The position numbers were made by a program, and so were the translations under genes. A stretch of 63,676 nt of DNA, counting the filler, from Stramenopiles sp. TOSAG23-3 (lineage: Eukaryota): assembly GCA_900128585.1 (NCBI GenBank). It is 5 parts of 5 records of this genome, joined end to end, with 100 filler letters (N's around TTAATTAATTAA, not from the genome) between each part and the next. Parts side by side here need not be neighbours in the genome. Positions count along the whole stretch, not along the records: positions 15,491 to 30,858 come from LT642525.1; positions 30,959 to 46,320 come from LT642526.1; 3 more parts are not named here. One strand, 5' to 3'. Below the pieces are notes generated by a model that was not told the origin of the DNA, ran no database searches, and saw only the letters and a list, made by a program, of their open reading frames with translations. This document shows positions 21,182-32,667 of the stretch, in pieces. How positions within the stretch are numbered: position 1 is the first letter of the stretch; every line of letters begins with the position of its first letter.

Positions 21182-22912
21182 ATGAAAACAGTGAAAGCCT
21201 GCTTAACGCTCGTGCTGGCTGCCCACCTGTTGGTATGTGCCGTTTTCTGCGTTTCCGGCACGGTCGCCCAAGGTGCGGATGGCCAGGGCGGGGAAAGTTA
21301 TTTGTTTTCCGGGCACATTAAGGTAAGAAACACCGAGTACTTTTTCAAAATCAGAAGGGGCGAAACGATCAGGGACGCCGCCAAAACGTTTGGCAACCAA
21401 CACGGCTTCTCAGAAAAAATAGTCAACGAGTTGGTAAGAGACATGGAAACGCACCTGGGCGCACAGCAGGAACCCACCGTCCCGATAAAGATTCAGAAAC
21501 CTGCGGCGAACGGTAACTCAGACACGGTAGAAATGGAAGTCGACGCCGAGGGCGGTGATGCACTTATCGTCGGCTCCAAGAAAGACGCCGAACTGCAGGA
21601 AAAGGCCAAGAAAGCCGAGGCGGCCCAAGAAGAGAGGACAAAACAAAATATGGCCGAGCAAGAGGAAAAGGCCACCGAGGCGCGCGTGGTAAAGGAGGAA
21701 AGCATGCACAAAAAAATGTTAGAACAGGACGAAAAGAATTCTGCAGAAGAAATGGCAAAGTCGGAGACGCAAGAAAAGCGTGTGGAAGAAGAGAAAGCGA
21801 AACAGGCCGCGAAGGAAGCAGCAAAGGAACGGGTCCGTGCAAGAGAGCGCCGAGAAAAGGCCGAAGCGGGGGAAAAGCTAGCAGAGACAGAAGCAAAAGA
21901 GAAGGAAGAGTCGGAAAAGTCAAAGGCCAAAGAAGAAGAGGAGAAGGCCCAAGCAAAGAAGGAAGAGTCCGAAAAGGCGCAGCAGGCAAAACAGGAAGAA
22001 TCCGAAAAGGCAAAGGCGAAAGAAGAAGAAGAATCCGAAAAGGCAAAGGCGAAAGAAGAAGAAGAATCCGAAAAGGCACGGGCGAAGGAAGAGCAGTCCG
22101 AAAAGGCAAAGGCGAAAGACGAAGAGTCTGAGAAGGCGAAAGAAGCGAAGAAAGCGTTTGAAGAGACGGAGAAGCAAGAGCAGGAGCAAAAACGAGCGGA
22201 AAAGCAGCAAGAAGAAGAAGAGCAAAAGTCCGAAGAAGGGGAGAAAGCAGAAGATCGACAGGCCGAAGAGGGAACGAAGAAGGCCAACGAGGAAGGCGAA
22301 AAGAAAGAGAAAGCTGCGGAGGCCGAGGAGAAGGCGCGGGAGAATGAAGAGCGTGAAAAGCAAGAGGCTTCCAAGAAAGAAGAGGCGGAGAAAACGAAAC
22401 AAGAGGAAGGGGCCAAGGCGAACGAGAAAGAAGAGGAGGAGAAACTCGAACTAGCGAAGGAGGAGGAGGCAACGAAGAAAAGAGAGCAGGCTGCAAAGAA
22501 GGAAGAAGAGGCCGAGAAATCAAAAATGGAGGAGGAGCTGAAGTTTTTGAAATCAGAAGAGCACGGCAAGCGGGAAGAGGAGAAATCGAAGCAAGCTGCG
22601 GAAGAGCGTGAAAAACGAAAGAAAGCGGACGAAGCCACGGCCCTTTCGCGCGCTCGAATGATGAGCAATTTTTATGCACTGGGCTCGCTTGCGATCATCT
22701 TCCTTCTGGTGCTGGCGTTTTTGTCGTTGATCTTTATCCCTGTTCAGGGCATGGCGGACAGCACGGTCTCGTACTTGATCGAAGGCACCAACAAACCGTG
22801 GCTTCAGCTAGGGTCGGTTGTGTTTCTGTGCGTTGGGGGCTACTACTTTTACTCAAACGGTCAGTTTTGGATTGCGGCGGTGTGCTTCTGGTACCTGGCA
22901 TTTTTGTTTTGA
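21182..22912 (+). CDS. Membrane-anchored protein: signal peptide, small globular domain, long E/K/A-rich coiled coil, C-terminal TM helices
   Basis: MKTVKACLTLVLAAHLLVCAVFCVSG; EESEKAKAKEE repeats (~21900-22140); 2-3 hydrophobic helices at the C-terminus. Confidence 0.8.
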   Translation: MKTVKACLTLVLAAHLLVCAVFCVSGTVAQGADGQGGESYLFSGHIKVRNTEYFFKIRRGETIRDAAKTFGNQHGFSEKIVNELVRDMETHLGAQQEPTVPIKIQKPAANGNSDTVEMEVDAEGGDALIVGSKKDAELQEKAKKAEAAQEERTKQNMAEQEEKATEARVVKEESMHKKMLEQDEKNSAEEMAKSETQEKRVEEEKAKQAAKEAAKERVRARERREKAEAGEKLAETEAKEKEESEKSKAKEEEEKAQAKKEESEKAQQAKQEESEKAKAKEEEESEKAKAKEEEESEKARAKEEQSEKAKAKDEESEKAKEAKKAFEETEKQEQEQKRAEKQQEEEEQKSEEGEKAEDRQAEEGTKKANEEGEKKEKAAEAEEKARENEEREKQEASKKEEAEKTKQEEGAKANEKEEEEKLELAKEEEATKKREQAAKKEEEAEKSKMEEELKFLKSEEHGKREEEKSKQAAEEREKRKKADEATALSRARMMSNFYALGSLAIIFLLVLAFLSLIFIPVQGMADSTVSYLIEGTNKPWLQLGSVVFLCVGGYYFYSNGQFWIAAVCFWYLAFLF

Positions 22913-23121
22913 AGGGTTAGGGAGCGAGGCGACATTAGGGTGGGGAGACCGCTACATTTTACGCTCCAAAAATAGTGTATTTTTAGTTTTCTCTCTGATT
23001 AATTTGTGTTGTTAAAAGATCTTTATATTTAAGAACTCTTCCCCCTAATCTTATTTTTAAACTTATGTACACGAGCAGCACTCTGACGCTGGTCCCAGAG
23101 ATCTCTCCCAAAAATGTGCCT

Positions 23122-24054
23122 TCACAGCTTGTTCCGGTTCAACACGCCGACCATTTCCTTGCGAAGCACCTGGCCGCATCCCAGTTGGGAGGTGTGGGGG
23201 ATGTCGCCAAACCCTTTGATCACGTTCTGCATGACGACCTCTTGCCCTTCGTTGAACTGGGCCGACAACTCCGTTTTGTTGCAAATCCGAATGTCGATTC
23301 CAGCGTGAAAGGGTGACTTTACGAGAACCTGGCCGTCGGTCGCGCCGTTGTACCCGATTCTCCCGCCATTCATGTCCATCAGGTCCAGGGTTTCTTCAGC
23401 TTTGCTCAAATCTTGAACGTGCAGAACAAAAGAAGGGACCGTGGACGGGATCAAACGCACGACTGGGCTGTGCTCTGCCAGTTTGTGCACGCCAGGAAAA
23501 TTTGAGGATTGATTTGGGAACAAATCGTTCGCGGCCGAAAAGCCTTCGTGGGAGTCGAAGGCCAGGACGATTTCTTTCAACAGCGGCAAGTGCTCGTTGC
23601 CCTTGTCCGTGCTGGGCGCGTCTTGGTCTGTATGACTTACGTGAAGCTTTGGAGGGAAAACGGGGGAATTCCCGAGCAGAATTTTCCACATTGGGTAAGA
23701 GACTGCGTCGTACGGCCTGTCCTCGTCTTTTGCTGATTTGTTCGGATGCACGGAAACGGACGTTACCCGTGTGTAGTTTGGCCTGGAGAAGAGGTTGCGA
23801 AACCTACTGACCCGACTGGACGTCCAAAAATTGATTCTAGAATACCCATCACTGACCGACGAAATTTCATGGTCGCTGGATATTTTTCTGGGGGACTCTA
23901 CGTGGTCAAACCCCAGCTTGTCTACGAACGTATCAAGAAGCCCAGACAGGCCCTTGTCGGAGCTGGCAAAAACGTTGACGGTGAGCATGCTGTGCACGGA
24001 CGCTGACGCCCTGGCACGGGTTGCCGCTGCACCGGAAGAGAGTGCAGCCGCCAT
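23122..24054 (-). CDS. Hypothetical protein (possible organelle-targeting N-terminus; weak VOC/glyoxalase-like pattern)
   Basis: 310-codon ORF with coding-like GC; Ala/Arg/Ser-rich start; SFVLHVQDLSKAEETL resembles a VOC strand-helix. Function not recognised. Confidence 0.7.
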   Translation of the reverse strand: MAAALSSGAAATRARASASVHSMLTVNVFASSDKGLSGLLDTFVDKLGFDHVESPRKISSDHEISSVSDGYSRINFWTSSRVSRFRNLFSRPNYTRVTSVSVHPNKSAKDEDRPYDAVSYPMWKILLGNSPVFPPKLHVSHTDQDAPSTDKGNEHLPLLKEIVLAFDSHEGFSAANDLFPNQSSNFPGVHKLAEHSPVVRLIPSTVPSFVLHVQDLSKAEETLDLMDMNGGRIGYNGATDGQVLVKSPFHAGIDIRICNKTELSAQFNEGQEVVMQNVIKGFGDIPHTSQLGCGQVLRKEMVGVLNRNKL

Positions 24055-24529
24055 GATGACAAAAAGAAAAGCCAAAAGAGACAAAGCAACAACAACAAAA
24101 CTGTGCTGGTGAGATCGGCAGGGTTTGGTGCTGTTGTAGCGAAGCGGTTAAGTCTAATAGTATTAGATAAATGCGACGAAAATGGATTAGTATTTTTATT
24201 AATACCGTTTGAAATTGTAGAGTAGTGGTGATGATCGTGGTAAGTGGGTTGTACTTAACAAAAAAAAAATCAAAATCGAACACAGGAAAGAACAAATAAT
24301 AATTTAGTAATATTAATTTAATTATTAGTAGGATGATACCATTGAATATTTTATAATATATTATAATTAAATTAATGCTATTAATAGCTCCTCCTACCTC
24401 CTCCATATCCTATAGTCTACCCTCTATTAGTGAATTAGCTTAAATAAAAAAAACAATTAAAAAAAAAAGAAGAAGAAGAATTGAAGAAAAAAGCAGAAGA
24501 AGAATATTTAACATAAACACATCATAGTC

Positions 24530-24704
24530 TAGTTTATTATTACATTGTATTCCTATTTGTATCACTCCACGAAGAAGAAGAAGAAGACATGTCGTCTCCC
24601 ATTTTATTTAGTGCTAATTAGTGGCTAATAATAATTACGTAGTGCGGCTAATAAATAAATTAATAAAACCACCACAACGAAAGAAGTCGTTCTGTTATGA
24701 TTTC
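24530..24704 (+). repeat. ~170-bp direct repeat, copy A (copy B 25850-26019)
   Basis: TAGTTTATTATTACATTGTATTCCTATT...CATGTCGTCTCCC...GTCGTTCTGTTATGATTTCC in both copies with small indels. Confidence 0.9.
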
Positions 24705-25778
24705 CCTGCTATTTAATAGGCTTTTGCTGGAAAAGTAGGAAAATAGAAAGTGACGCTTTTATTACTCTTGAGGTATTAATATTAATACCTCGTAAGGCTC
24801 GTAGGTTGTACGAAGTGGGATGAAATATAAAATCAGCACCAAAAGCTCTACTTGCACATACAAGGAAATAGGAAGTAAGGATATAATAATTTTAATCAGA
24901 TGCTTTCTAATGCTCTGTTTATATTATAGAATATATTGTATTTGCTGCTTAATAGTTCGTAAAGGTAAGTAGCATTACTTATCTGGTTCATATTTATAAC
25001 TATTGACTCATATATTCTTTAAAGATTCGGTATAATAGTACTTATTATTAATTAGAGTACTCTCCTATTCCCTAATTAAAATCGTAGTCCATAGTGTGTT
25101 CATATTGTTTTTCTTCGTTTTCCCGAAGTGCCAACGACAGGTTTGTCTATAATCACAGTAACGAATGCATTTTTTAGCAGACATCCAAAAAAATAGATTT
25201 TGAGTGAAAAAAGCAAAAGAAATTAGTTAAAATAAAATATGAATCCTGTACGACTACTTTATATGTCCTTTTGTGATGAATACTCTAATATGAAATAATA
25301 TTGAAAACAATTGAGGAAGGAAAAGAGATCGTCTGAAGTACATTATTTCAAGAAAAGGGGGAAGGGAAATTTATAGGAGGAAAGACGACAAGAATTATCT
25401 TTTAATTTTATAAATTGTCAATGGTATTACGGGTTAATTAATTGCGATAATAGAATAGTAGAATTTTTATTATATTTTTTATTGTTTGAAGGCTTGAAGG
25501 CTCGAAACCATCAAAAATAAAAAAAGAAGAAATTCTTTGAGCTGTTGTAGTACTACATTATGTAATTGTAATTTTTTTTCCAACTCAAAAAATAAAAGAC
25601 GAAAAGACAGAAGACTTTCTGAAGCTTCATGCTTCACATGAGTCTTATGTATGCACGTTGAAATGAAAATGACGCAACTTCGTTCGCTGTCTTTGATTTG
25701 ATTCAATTCAAGGAATTTTATATCTGAATTTATCTGGTAAGAAATTTTTTTATGTTCATCGCAAACTATATGAAACAA

Positions 25779-25850
25779 ATGAATTCACGCCTATTCGTCA
25801 CCATCGCTTGTCTGGTAGCATGGCTTGGTGCCGGTGGTGCTTTCGCGGAT
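25779..25850 (+). pseudogene. Orphan signal-peptide gene fragment truncated by repeat copy B
   Basis: GC-rich MNSRLFVTIACLVAWLGAGGAFAD runs directly into the repeat. Confidence 0.55.
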
Positions 25851-26019
25851 AGTTTATTATTACATTGTATTCCTATTGTATTACTCCACGTAGAAGAAGA
25901 CATGTCGTCTCCCATTTTATTTAGTGCTAATTAGTGGCTAATAATAATTACGTAGTGCGGCTAATTAATAAATTAAAGCAACACACAACGAAAGAAGAAG
26001 TCGTTCTGTTATGATTTCC
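25850..26019 (+). repeat. ~170-bp direct repeat, copy B
   Basis: Matches copy A at 24530-24704. Confidence 0.9.
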
Positions 26020-26229
26020 AACGTTTTTCAGTACTAACGGTGTGGCCGTGTTCGCACGTTCACCGCCTTGACCCTATTTTGGACCCCCACGAGTGGGCCC
26101 AACACCCCAATACCTACTTCTGAGGTCGTAAGTAGAAGAGGGTGCAGAAGAGAGGGCGATTTATTATCTATACTAAACAAGATATTCCATTTTCTAAGGT
26201 ATTAAGTTATGTACATAAAACACGCCCTG

Positions 26230-26478
26230 CTAAAAGGTCCGGCTCATACTGGCGCTCCCCATTTTGGAAGACTTTCGTGCGTCCGCGAGCTCTTTCGACG
26301 CCAGCTTACTTGCTTTTTTACTCTCTTTCCGTCGCTTCATGGCCTCTTTCCATTTCTGGTGCTGTATTTTATACTTTTCCGGTGCCCATGGGGAGAAATA
26401 CCTGTAGTAGCAAACCGCATAAGGCCATCCAAGGGAAAGGCCAAACACGATTATCATAAACAAGTATTTTGTTTCCAT
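26230..26478 (-). CDS. Small putative single-TM protein with basic tail (82 aa)
   Basis: METKYLFMIIVFGLSLGWPYAVCYY hydrophobic segment then a K/E-rich helix; lies in a GC-elevated island. Confidence 0.45.
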   Translation of the reverse strand: METKYLFMIIVFGLSLGWPYAVCYYRYFSPWAPEKYKIQHQKWKEAMKRRKESKKASKLASKELADARKSSKMGSASMSRTF

Positions 26479-27658
26479 TCTCTACCAAGAACGGAAGCAA
26501 GCCCGCAAGACGTGGTTGGTTTCCGTGTACAGTGCCACGAGAACGGGATTGCGCGACAGTCCCCGTTTCAGATGGAAGAACAATCGTACGTTGAGAGTGA
26601 TCGGGATTTCGTTTGTTGGTCGTGCTGAATTGTCTTTCAAAGATAGTCGTCGTTTGGTTGTGAATCACGAAACTCATTCAATGAATGCATGTATGGGTAC
26701 ATTAAACTCTTTCATAAATTCCTTCTTTTTTTTTTATTATTATTATTTTATTTTATTGTGCGGCATGTGATTTTGTAGTTTAGTCGTCTATGCTGCTATG
26801 CGATGTATTTTCTTCTATTAATTAATTTATAAGATGAATGATGAGATGATGATGTGATTGGCCGTTTGAAGTTATTGGAGTTATCTAATGCTATGATCAT
26901 ATATATATAATTTATATTTTTATTGAATTTTTTTGTGTCTATTTCACCACAACGATCTACTCATACGAACTCATAATACTCATTACTCATAGCTTCTTTC
27001 TAAATTCATCATACGTATAGTATTAATAATATAACTATGGTATTCTCTTTATCATCATCATAGACTAGCTTCTTTCATAATATCGCTTTAACATCAAAAA
27101 AAATATAAAAAAATGAAAAAATTGTAAATAATTTTATATAAAATATTTTAATAAAATTAAAATTACCGTTTGAGCAGTTGAGCAGCTGAAAGTTGAAAGT
27201 AAAAAAGGAGGAGAGATCAGGCATCAAAATCACAATTAGCAAAAAGAAGAACACATTTTATTGTATTATGGAATTTAGGTAATATTATTATATACGCTTA
27301 CTTACCGGTATTATATAATGAAATAAGAAGAAGAAGAACCAAAAACCAAAAACCAAAAACGAATATTTTAATTATTCTCTTTATGCTGTGTGGTGTATTT
27401 TATTATTATAGATCATTCAATTTCGCGATATATTCCTGCCGCCTCATGAATTTCTTCTTTTTTTTTTCGCACAATTTTTTTTATACGAAAGAGCTGCAAA
27501 ACAAAAGTATTCGTGTCATTGCATTTTAATCAAATCATCAAACCTTTCTCTTCGATTATTTCAGGGACTATAAACTCGTTGTGTTTTGATTCGATGCACA
27601 TATTTGATTCACGATGATGCAACGATAAATTTATATTTTACACGCAAGGCAAACGAAA

Positions 27659-29179
27659 ATGTTGGGGGCGAGGCTCCCTCGTCTCCATCTGGTTCTACCG
27701 GGGCTGCGAAAACTTTTAGAAGGTGCAGCCTCTCCGGTCTGCATACCCCGTCGTGAGCTCAGTCCTGGCTCTGTGATTGGAATAGACGCGATGAAAGTGA
27801 TGCTGGATTACGTTAAAATCCCAAAAAATTCGACGAGCCTGTTGCTGGGCCAAAGCATTGCAGCAGAGAAACATTTGTACGTGTTCATTAACTCTCTCCA
27901 ACAGCATGGACTGAAATGCGTCTTTGTGTTTTCTGGGCGACCACTGCCAAACACAAGTCAGGCAGGTGGGGGGTTTGTGAAACGCAAACCGATTCAAGCC
28001 GAAAGCCACACTGCCCAGCGGCGAAGAAGACGACCGGCAACGGCCTCTGCTGCATCGTTGCAGAGCACGTCGATTGGTACCGATTACAGTCCCATGCAAA
28101 GGGCGCGGCCGCAGAGCAGCTACCGTGGCAGCAACACCCGCGGCTCAAACCGTGCGCGCGGAAGTAGCAGACCGGTCACTGCCGTTGCGTCTGGCCACCG
28201 AAATAGATCCGCAAGAAGGCGTGGAAAGTCTGCCCATGGCAGAAGCAGGGGTCGCCAAGGAATACCAGAAAGAAGTCTCTCCCCCTTGAGCCTAGGAGGA
28301 CCTCGAGCGGGGAGAAAATCGATGAGGCAAAGAAAGATCTCGTCGCCTTCGTCGTCCTCGTTGAACGGTGGAGCGTCTGGGTTCCACATGGACAGTGGAC
28401 AAATCACGGCGAGTGCGGCCGATCTTCAACAGATATTTGTCAGTATTCTCTCCGCAGCAGGCATTCCTTACATCGTCGCTCCGTACGAAGCGGCGGCCCA
28501 GCTGGCGTTCATGGATGCCTCCGGGCTACTAGATTATGTTTTATCGGACAACAGTAACTGCCTGCCCTTTGGGTGTTCCCAAGTTTTGATGGACTACGAT
28601 TTTTGCAAAGGGACGGCAGTTCTGTACAGGCAGGATATAATGAAAACTGTTACGCCAAAAACAGAGTCTGCGCCGCTCCTACGGTGCATCCGCAATTTTG
28701 GCTTCGATGCCCTGCCCGTGTTTTGCGCTTTGCTTGTCAACAATTTTGGTCCAAAGAAAGCAATGAAGGCCTTGATCCAGCAATGGCACTTGAAAGTGAT
28801 CCACTTGGACGTCTTGGTGAAGCGAAACTGTATCGATAGAGAGTCCGAAAAGACGGTGAAGGGAATTTATGAACTCTACAAGAACGAGATTGTGTATGAT
28901 TTTAAGCTGAAAGCGTGCCGTCCCTTGAGCATGGCGGTAAAGTTCCCCGACAGCACTGACAGGGACGAAAGGGTTCCAATCGGGTGCGGTAAACCTGTAG
29001 ATGGAATTTTGCTCGAACAGCTCTCGAACTTGCACCCGAACCACTTCGTACTTTTTCCTGAAATTACGCACACGCATGAGAAAGAGGCGGGGAGGGGGGC
29101 GGGGGGGGAGTCGGAACGCCGCAACTTGAAACGGTACGAATGTCGTCGATCGTTTAATAGGGGGGGTGAATATTTATGA
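27659..29179 (+). CDS. XPG/EXO1 (Rad2)-family protein, probably catalytically inactive
   Basis: VIGIDAM, CVFVFSGRPLP, GIPYIVAPYEAAAQLAFM, VLSDNSNCLPFGC; long R/S-rich insertion between the N and I regions. Confidence 0.85.
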   Translation: MLGARLPRLHLVLPGLRKLLEGAASPVCIPRRELSPGSVIGIDAMKVMLDYVKIPKNSTSLLLGQSIAAEKHLYVFINSLQQHGLKCVFVFSGRPLPNTSQAGGGFVKRKPIQAESHTAQRRRRRPATASAASLQSTSIGTDYSPMQRARPQSSYRGSNTRGSNRARGSSRPVTAVASGHRNRSARRRGKSAHGRSRGRQGIPERSLSPLSLGGPRAGRKSMRQRKISSPSSSSLNGGASGFHMDSGQITASAADLQQIFVSILSAAGIPYIVAPYEAAAQLAFMDASGLLDYVLSDNSNCLPFGCSQVLMDYDFCKGTAVLYRQDIMKTVTPKTESAPLLRCIRNFGFDALPVFCALLVNNFGPKKAMKALIQQWHLKVIHLDVLVKRNCIDRESEKTVKGIYELYKNEIVYDFKLKACRPLSMAVKFPDSTDRDERVPIGCGKPVDGILLEQLSNLHPNHFVLFPEITHTHEKEAGRGAGGESERRNLKRYECRRSFNRGGEYL

Positions 29180-29418
29180 TTCCCAGAATTTTAAACAAGA
29201 AAATTAGAGTAATTAAAATTAATGTGCTGCGAACTGAAATCTAGATTTTAGACATTCTAAGGTTTACATTCCTTCATGAACTGCGATGCGAACTTATCTT
29301 TGCTCTTTTGGTTTTACTAGATTTTAATAAAAAGTTATTAGTGTGTTTTGCATTCAAAAATACCTTTGGTGTATACACATATTTACCCTTTGCATTCGCG
29401 CCAACTCTTTGCATTTGC

Positions 29419-30474
29419 CTACTCGTTTTTCGGTAATAGCAAGTCCTCGATCCGCTTTTCATAATACCGAGTCATCATCTTTACGTATATCTTAGACCCA
29501 TTCCAGGCCGATCCCATGAGCAACGCGGCGCAGAAAATCGTGTGGGCGACCATGCTGTAGTAAAACAGAACGCTCACTGATATTGCAAGCATGCACGCCA
29601 GTGCGTGAACAAGGTAGTACTTCACCGCGCACATCATGTTCGTAGGATCGTTCTTGTCAAACCCGCACAATTTGGCCAGCATCTTATTGCTGCGCAGTGT
29701 TGCGTGGTAGACTGTAACGTGCTTCTTCTCTCCAAACTTGCTGCTGTGGAATCGGCCAACGGTCAGCAACCAAATTACATAGAAGAACGCGTGTATACAG
29801 TACATTGTGATGGCCGGAACAAAAATATCTGCAAACCCATGGCTGGAAACCGACTGAGGCATTCCAAACACACCTGGCCATACATCTTCGTAGCTACTGG
29901 CGCTCCATCGCATGGTCCATGTAACAAATGGCGGGCTGATGTGAATAAACAATCCCGCAATGTGCTCTGGACTGTGGAGAACCAATGCGTTCCCGAGCGC
30001 CAGCACAGACCAACCCAACGGGCCGTTTGCCATACCCCAGAATCCGCACCATAAAAATGTACTCGAGGTGAGGGGTTTCAAGGCATCTATGCCGCACGCT
30101 GCAAGTACACAAAGTATCCCATACGTTGCGTAAGCAAATGCGAATACCCAGCACAGGTCGAACATGCACCAAGATTCGTCGATTGGTTTGCCTCGCTTGA
30201 CTTTTATCATCAAGCCAAGAAAAAAGACTGCCTTGAAGACTTGAAGAAGCCAGTAGTACTCGGGGATGCGGCCAATGATCAGACCAGTTGCAGCTACGTT
30301 AAGAATACCCATGAAAAATGTCGTAGACGATAATCCCCTCCGTCTGTAACTTTCTTCCTGTAATTTCACGACCTCCAACGCCTTTTCAATACCCGCACGT
30401 TCGCCTTCCGACAGGGAAGAGGCGGCCTCCGTTAAGGGGTTCCCCTTCTCCGTGGTGGCAACTGCAGGTTGCAT
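29419..30474 (-). CDS. GPC1: Glycerophosphocholine acyltransferase (GPC1/DUF2838 family)
   Basis: Multi-TM; MFDLCW, ANGPLGWSVLALGNALVLHSPEHIAGLFIHISPP, SAWNGSKIY match family motifs. Confidence 0.85.
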   Translation of the reverse strand: MQPAVATTEKGNPLTEAASSLSEGERAGIEKALEVVKLQEESYRRRGLSSTTFFMGILNVAATGLIIGRIPEYYWLLQVFKAVFFLGLMIKVKRGKPIDESWCMFDLCWVFAFAYATYGILCVLAACGIDALKPLTSSTFLWCGFWGMANGPLGWSVLALGNALVLHSPEHIAGLFIHISPPFVTWTMRWSASSYEDVWPGVFGMPQSVSSHGFADIFVPAITMYCIHAFFYVIWLLTVGRFHSSKFGEKKHVTVYHATLRSNKMLAKLCGFDKNDPTNMMCAVKYYLVHALACMLAISVSVLFYYSMVAHTIFCAALLMGSAWNGSKIYVKMMTRYYEKRIEDLLLPKNE

Positions 30475-30958
30475 CGTATCAACAAAGATAAAGCTGAAAG
30501 GGGGCTGTACGTTGTATAAATGTAAGTTCCTGAACTTTATCCTAGTGCTGTTTGTTTTGATCGTTTTGTCGATTGATTCATATCCTTTCGTTCAATTTTT
30601 ATCGTGCGTGCTAATGAATTGATTTTATCCTCGTGGTCACTTGATGATAAAGACTCTACACCACCACCAAACAAAAAAGATTTTGGAGGAGATGATCGTC
30701 GCATCGTCGCATCGTCGCTCGTCGCTGCGCGAGAAAAATCTTTTTCAATATTTTAGATTTTAGAATACGTATTAAATGTATTTAAATTTAAATATATAAT
30801 AATAGGATAGAAATATAAACTTGAAAACTCATACTTTATGTAATAGATAAGAATACAANNNNNNNNNNNNNNNNNNNNNNNNNNNNNNNNNNNNNNNNNN
30901 NNTTAATTAATTAANNNNNNNNNNNNNNNNNNNNNNNNNNNNNNNNNNNNNNNNNNNN

Positions 30959-32667
30959 AGCAGCTCCCACAAGCGCTCGCACACCCAAAACCCGAACGCG
31001 CCGAACTTCAACGGCAGCATCACCGTCCACGCGGCAAACCGAAAATGCTTCTCTTTGAACTGAAAGCACCGCTTCTTCGTCGTCTTGTGCAGGAACCACA
31101 CGAGCCGCGACGAGTACGCATACAGGATCAGCCCGAACGACACGATCATCGGAACTTGAAAGTTCAGGTCCAGCTCCGTCGGCCATTGGAACACAAAGTT
31201 CACGTCAAACTTGAAGTGGAACGAGAACGTTGGAAAGTCAAACGTCAGCAGGTCCCAGTCGAACGCCGGGGAAAACTTATCGGCGAGCTCGCCGTACGAC
31301 CCCGTACCGTTGTAGAACGGAACGAAGAACAACGCGCCGATGAACGAGGCGATCGGGAGCACGGTCAACGCTTTCAGCGTCAGCATGTTGATGTTCTCGG
31401 CCATGTCGTCGTTGGACACGTCCTTCGACGCGTCCCAAAGGTGTTTGTGAAACTGTTCCCGCCCGCGCTTCTCGTCGAACTTTGTACCCTCTGGCAAGAG
31501 CTTGCCAAGGCCCCACAACTCGTCGTTGTCCATGTAGATCAGGTCGTCCTTGTCGTAGCACCATAGGCGGCACCGGCAGCAGAACGACGCGCGGCCCCGG
31601 AGGACTTCCCCTGGGGCGTGCATGAACGCGAACAGGATCCCGAACACGGCGACGAAAATAAAGGGAGAGAATATTCCAAGCAACGGCCACACAGGGATCG
31701 TCGCGACGAAGTACACCGAAAACGCGAGAGAAACAAAAGTAACGTACAGAAAGCTGATCCAGTTGAAGTCGAACGGCTGCGTCCCAGGGCGGACGGACAT
31801 CTTTGCGTAATCTTCCGGGTGGTTGCTCTTTCGTGCGAATTGCCAATGCGCGAACTGGATCAGGGGCATCAGGGCCGGCCACAGCGACAGTGTCGCCGGT
31901 TTGAAGAGGGGGACGCCCCGACGGGAACGTGGACAACGAGGTACGTCCATACCGTGTAGAGGGTAAGCCCGGAATGGATCAAGTTCGACCACATGTCGTT
32001 GATTTTCGTCCGCTCGTTTTCCTCTTCTTCTTCTTCTTCGTCCTCGTCTTCGTCCTGTTCGTCCTCGTCGTCCTCCTCCAAGCCGAGAATGGACGCCGTC
32101 GCCATGGCCGCAATGTCTTCGTGTGCAACGACAAGGATTTCAACGGCCTCTTCCGTTTCTTTCTCAGCCATGCCGACGTCGTCTTCGTTGGCATCTTCAG
32201 GTTTGCCCTCGGTTTCACCGTTGGCAACTTCAGGTTTGGCCGCCGTCGCTCCTGCCTCGCCTTCGTTTTCGCCCGCCGTCGCTCCTGCCTCGCCTTCGTT
32301 TTCGCCCGCCGTCGCTCCTGCCGCGCCTTCGTTTTCGCCCGCCGTCGCTCCTGCCGTGCCTTTCCCATTTTCGCCCTTTGGCTTTTCCAACTTGTTCGAG
32401 GCGGCCTTCTCTGGGACAACCGCGACCTTTCTGCACGGGCAGCGCTTACACTTACCACAGAACCGTGGAAGGGCGTAGNNNNNNNNNNNNNNNNNNNNNN
32501 NNNNNNNNNNNNNNNNCACTGAAGAGAAACTCCGGCAACGAAAAGAAGTGGTCTACGTCGACATCCTGCAGCCTCATGTCACAACTGTTCGCAAGAACCG
32601 TCCTGAGGAATAGGTTCTTGAACGGAACCGTGGCATTCATGGTCGCGTTCGTGTGTACGAGCGACAT
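30959..32667 (-). CDS. Multi-pass membrane protein, hypothetical; N gap, 1-nt frameshift near 31916-31919, runs off contig end
   Basis: ORF pieces 32452-32667, 31869-32519 and 30907-31992 are colinear; acidic loop with 33-bp AGATAGENEGE repeats; several TM helices. Confidence 0.7.

Noticed and set aside
21493-22679. Long Ser/Phe-rich and Leu/Pro-rich minus-strand ORFs
   Set aside because: Antisense shadows of the E/K-rich coiled-coil gene.
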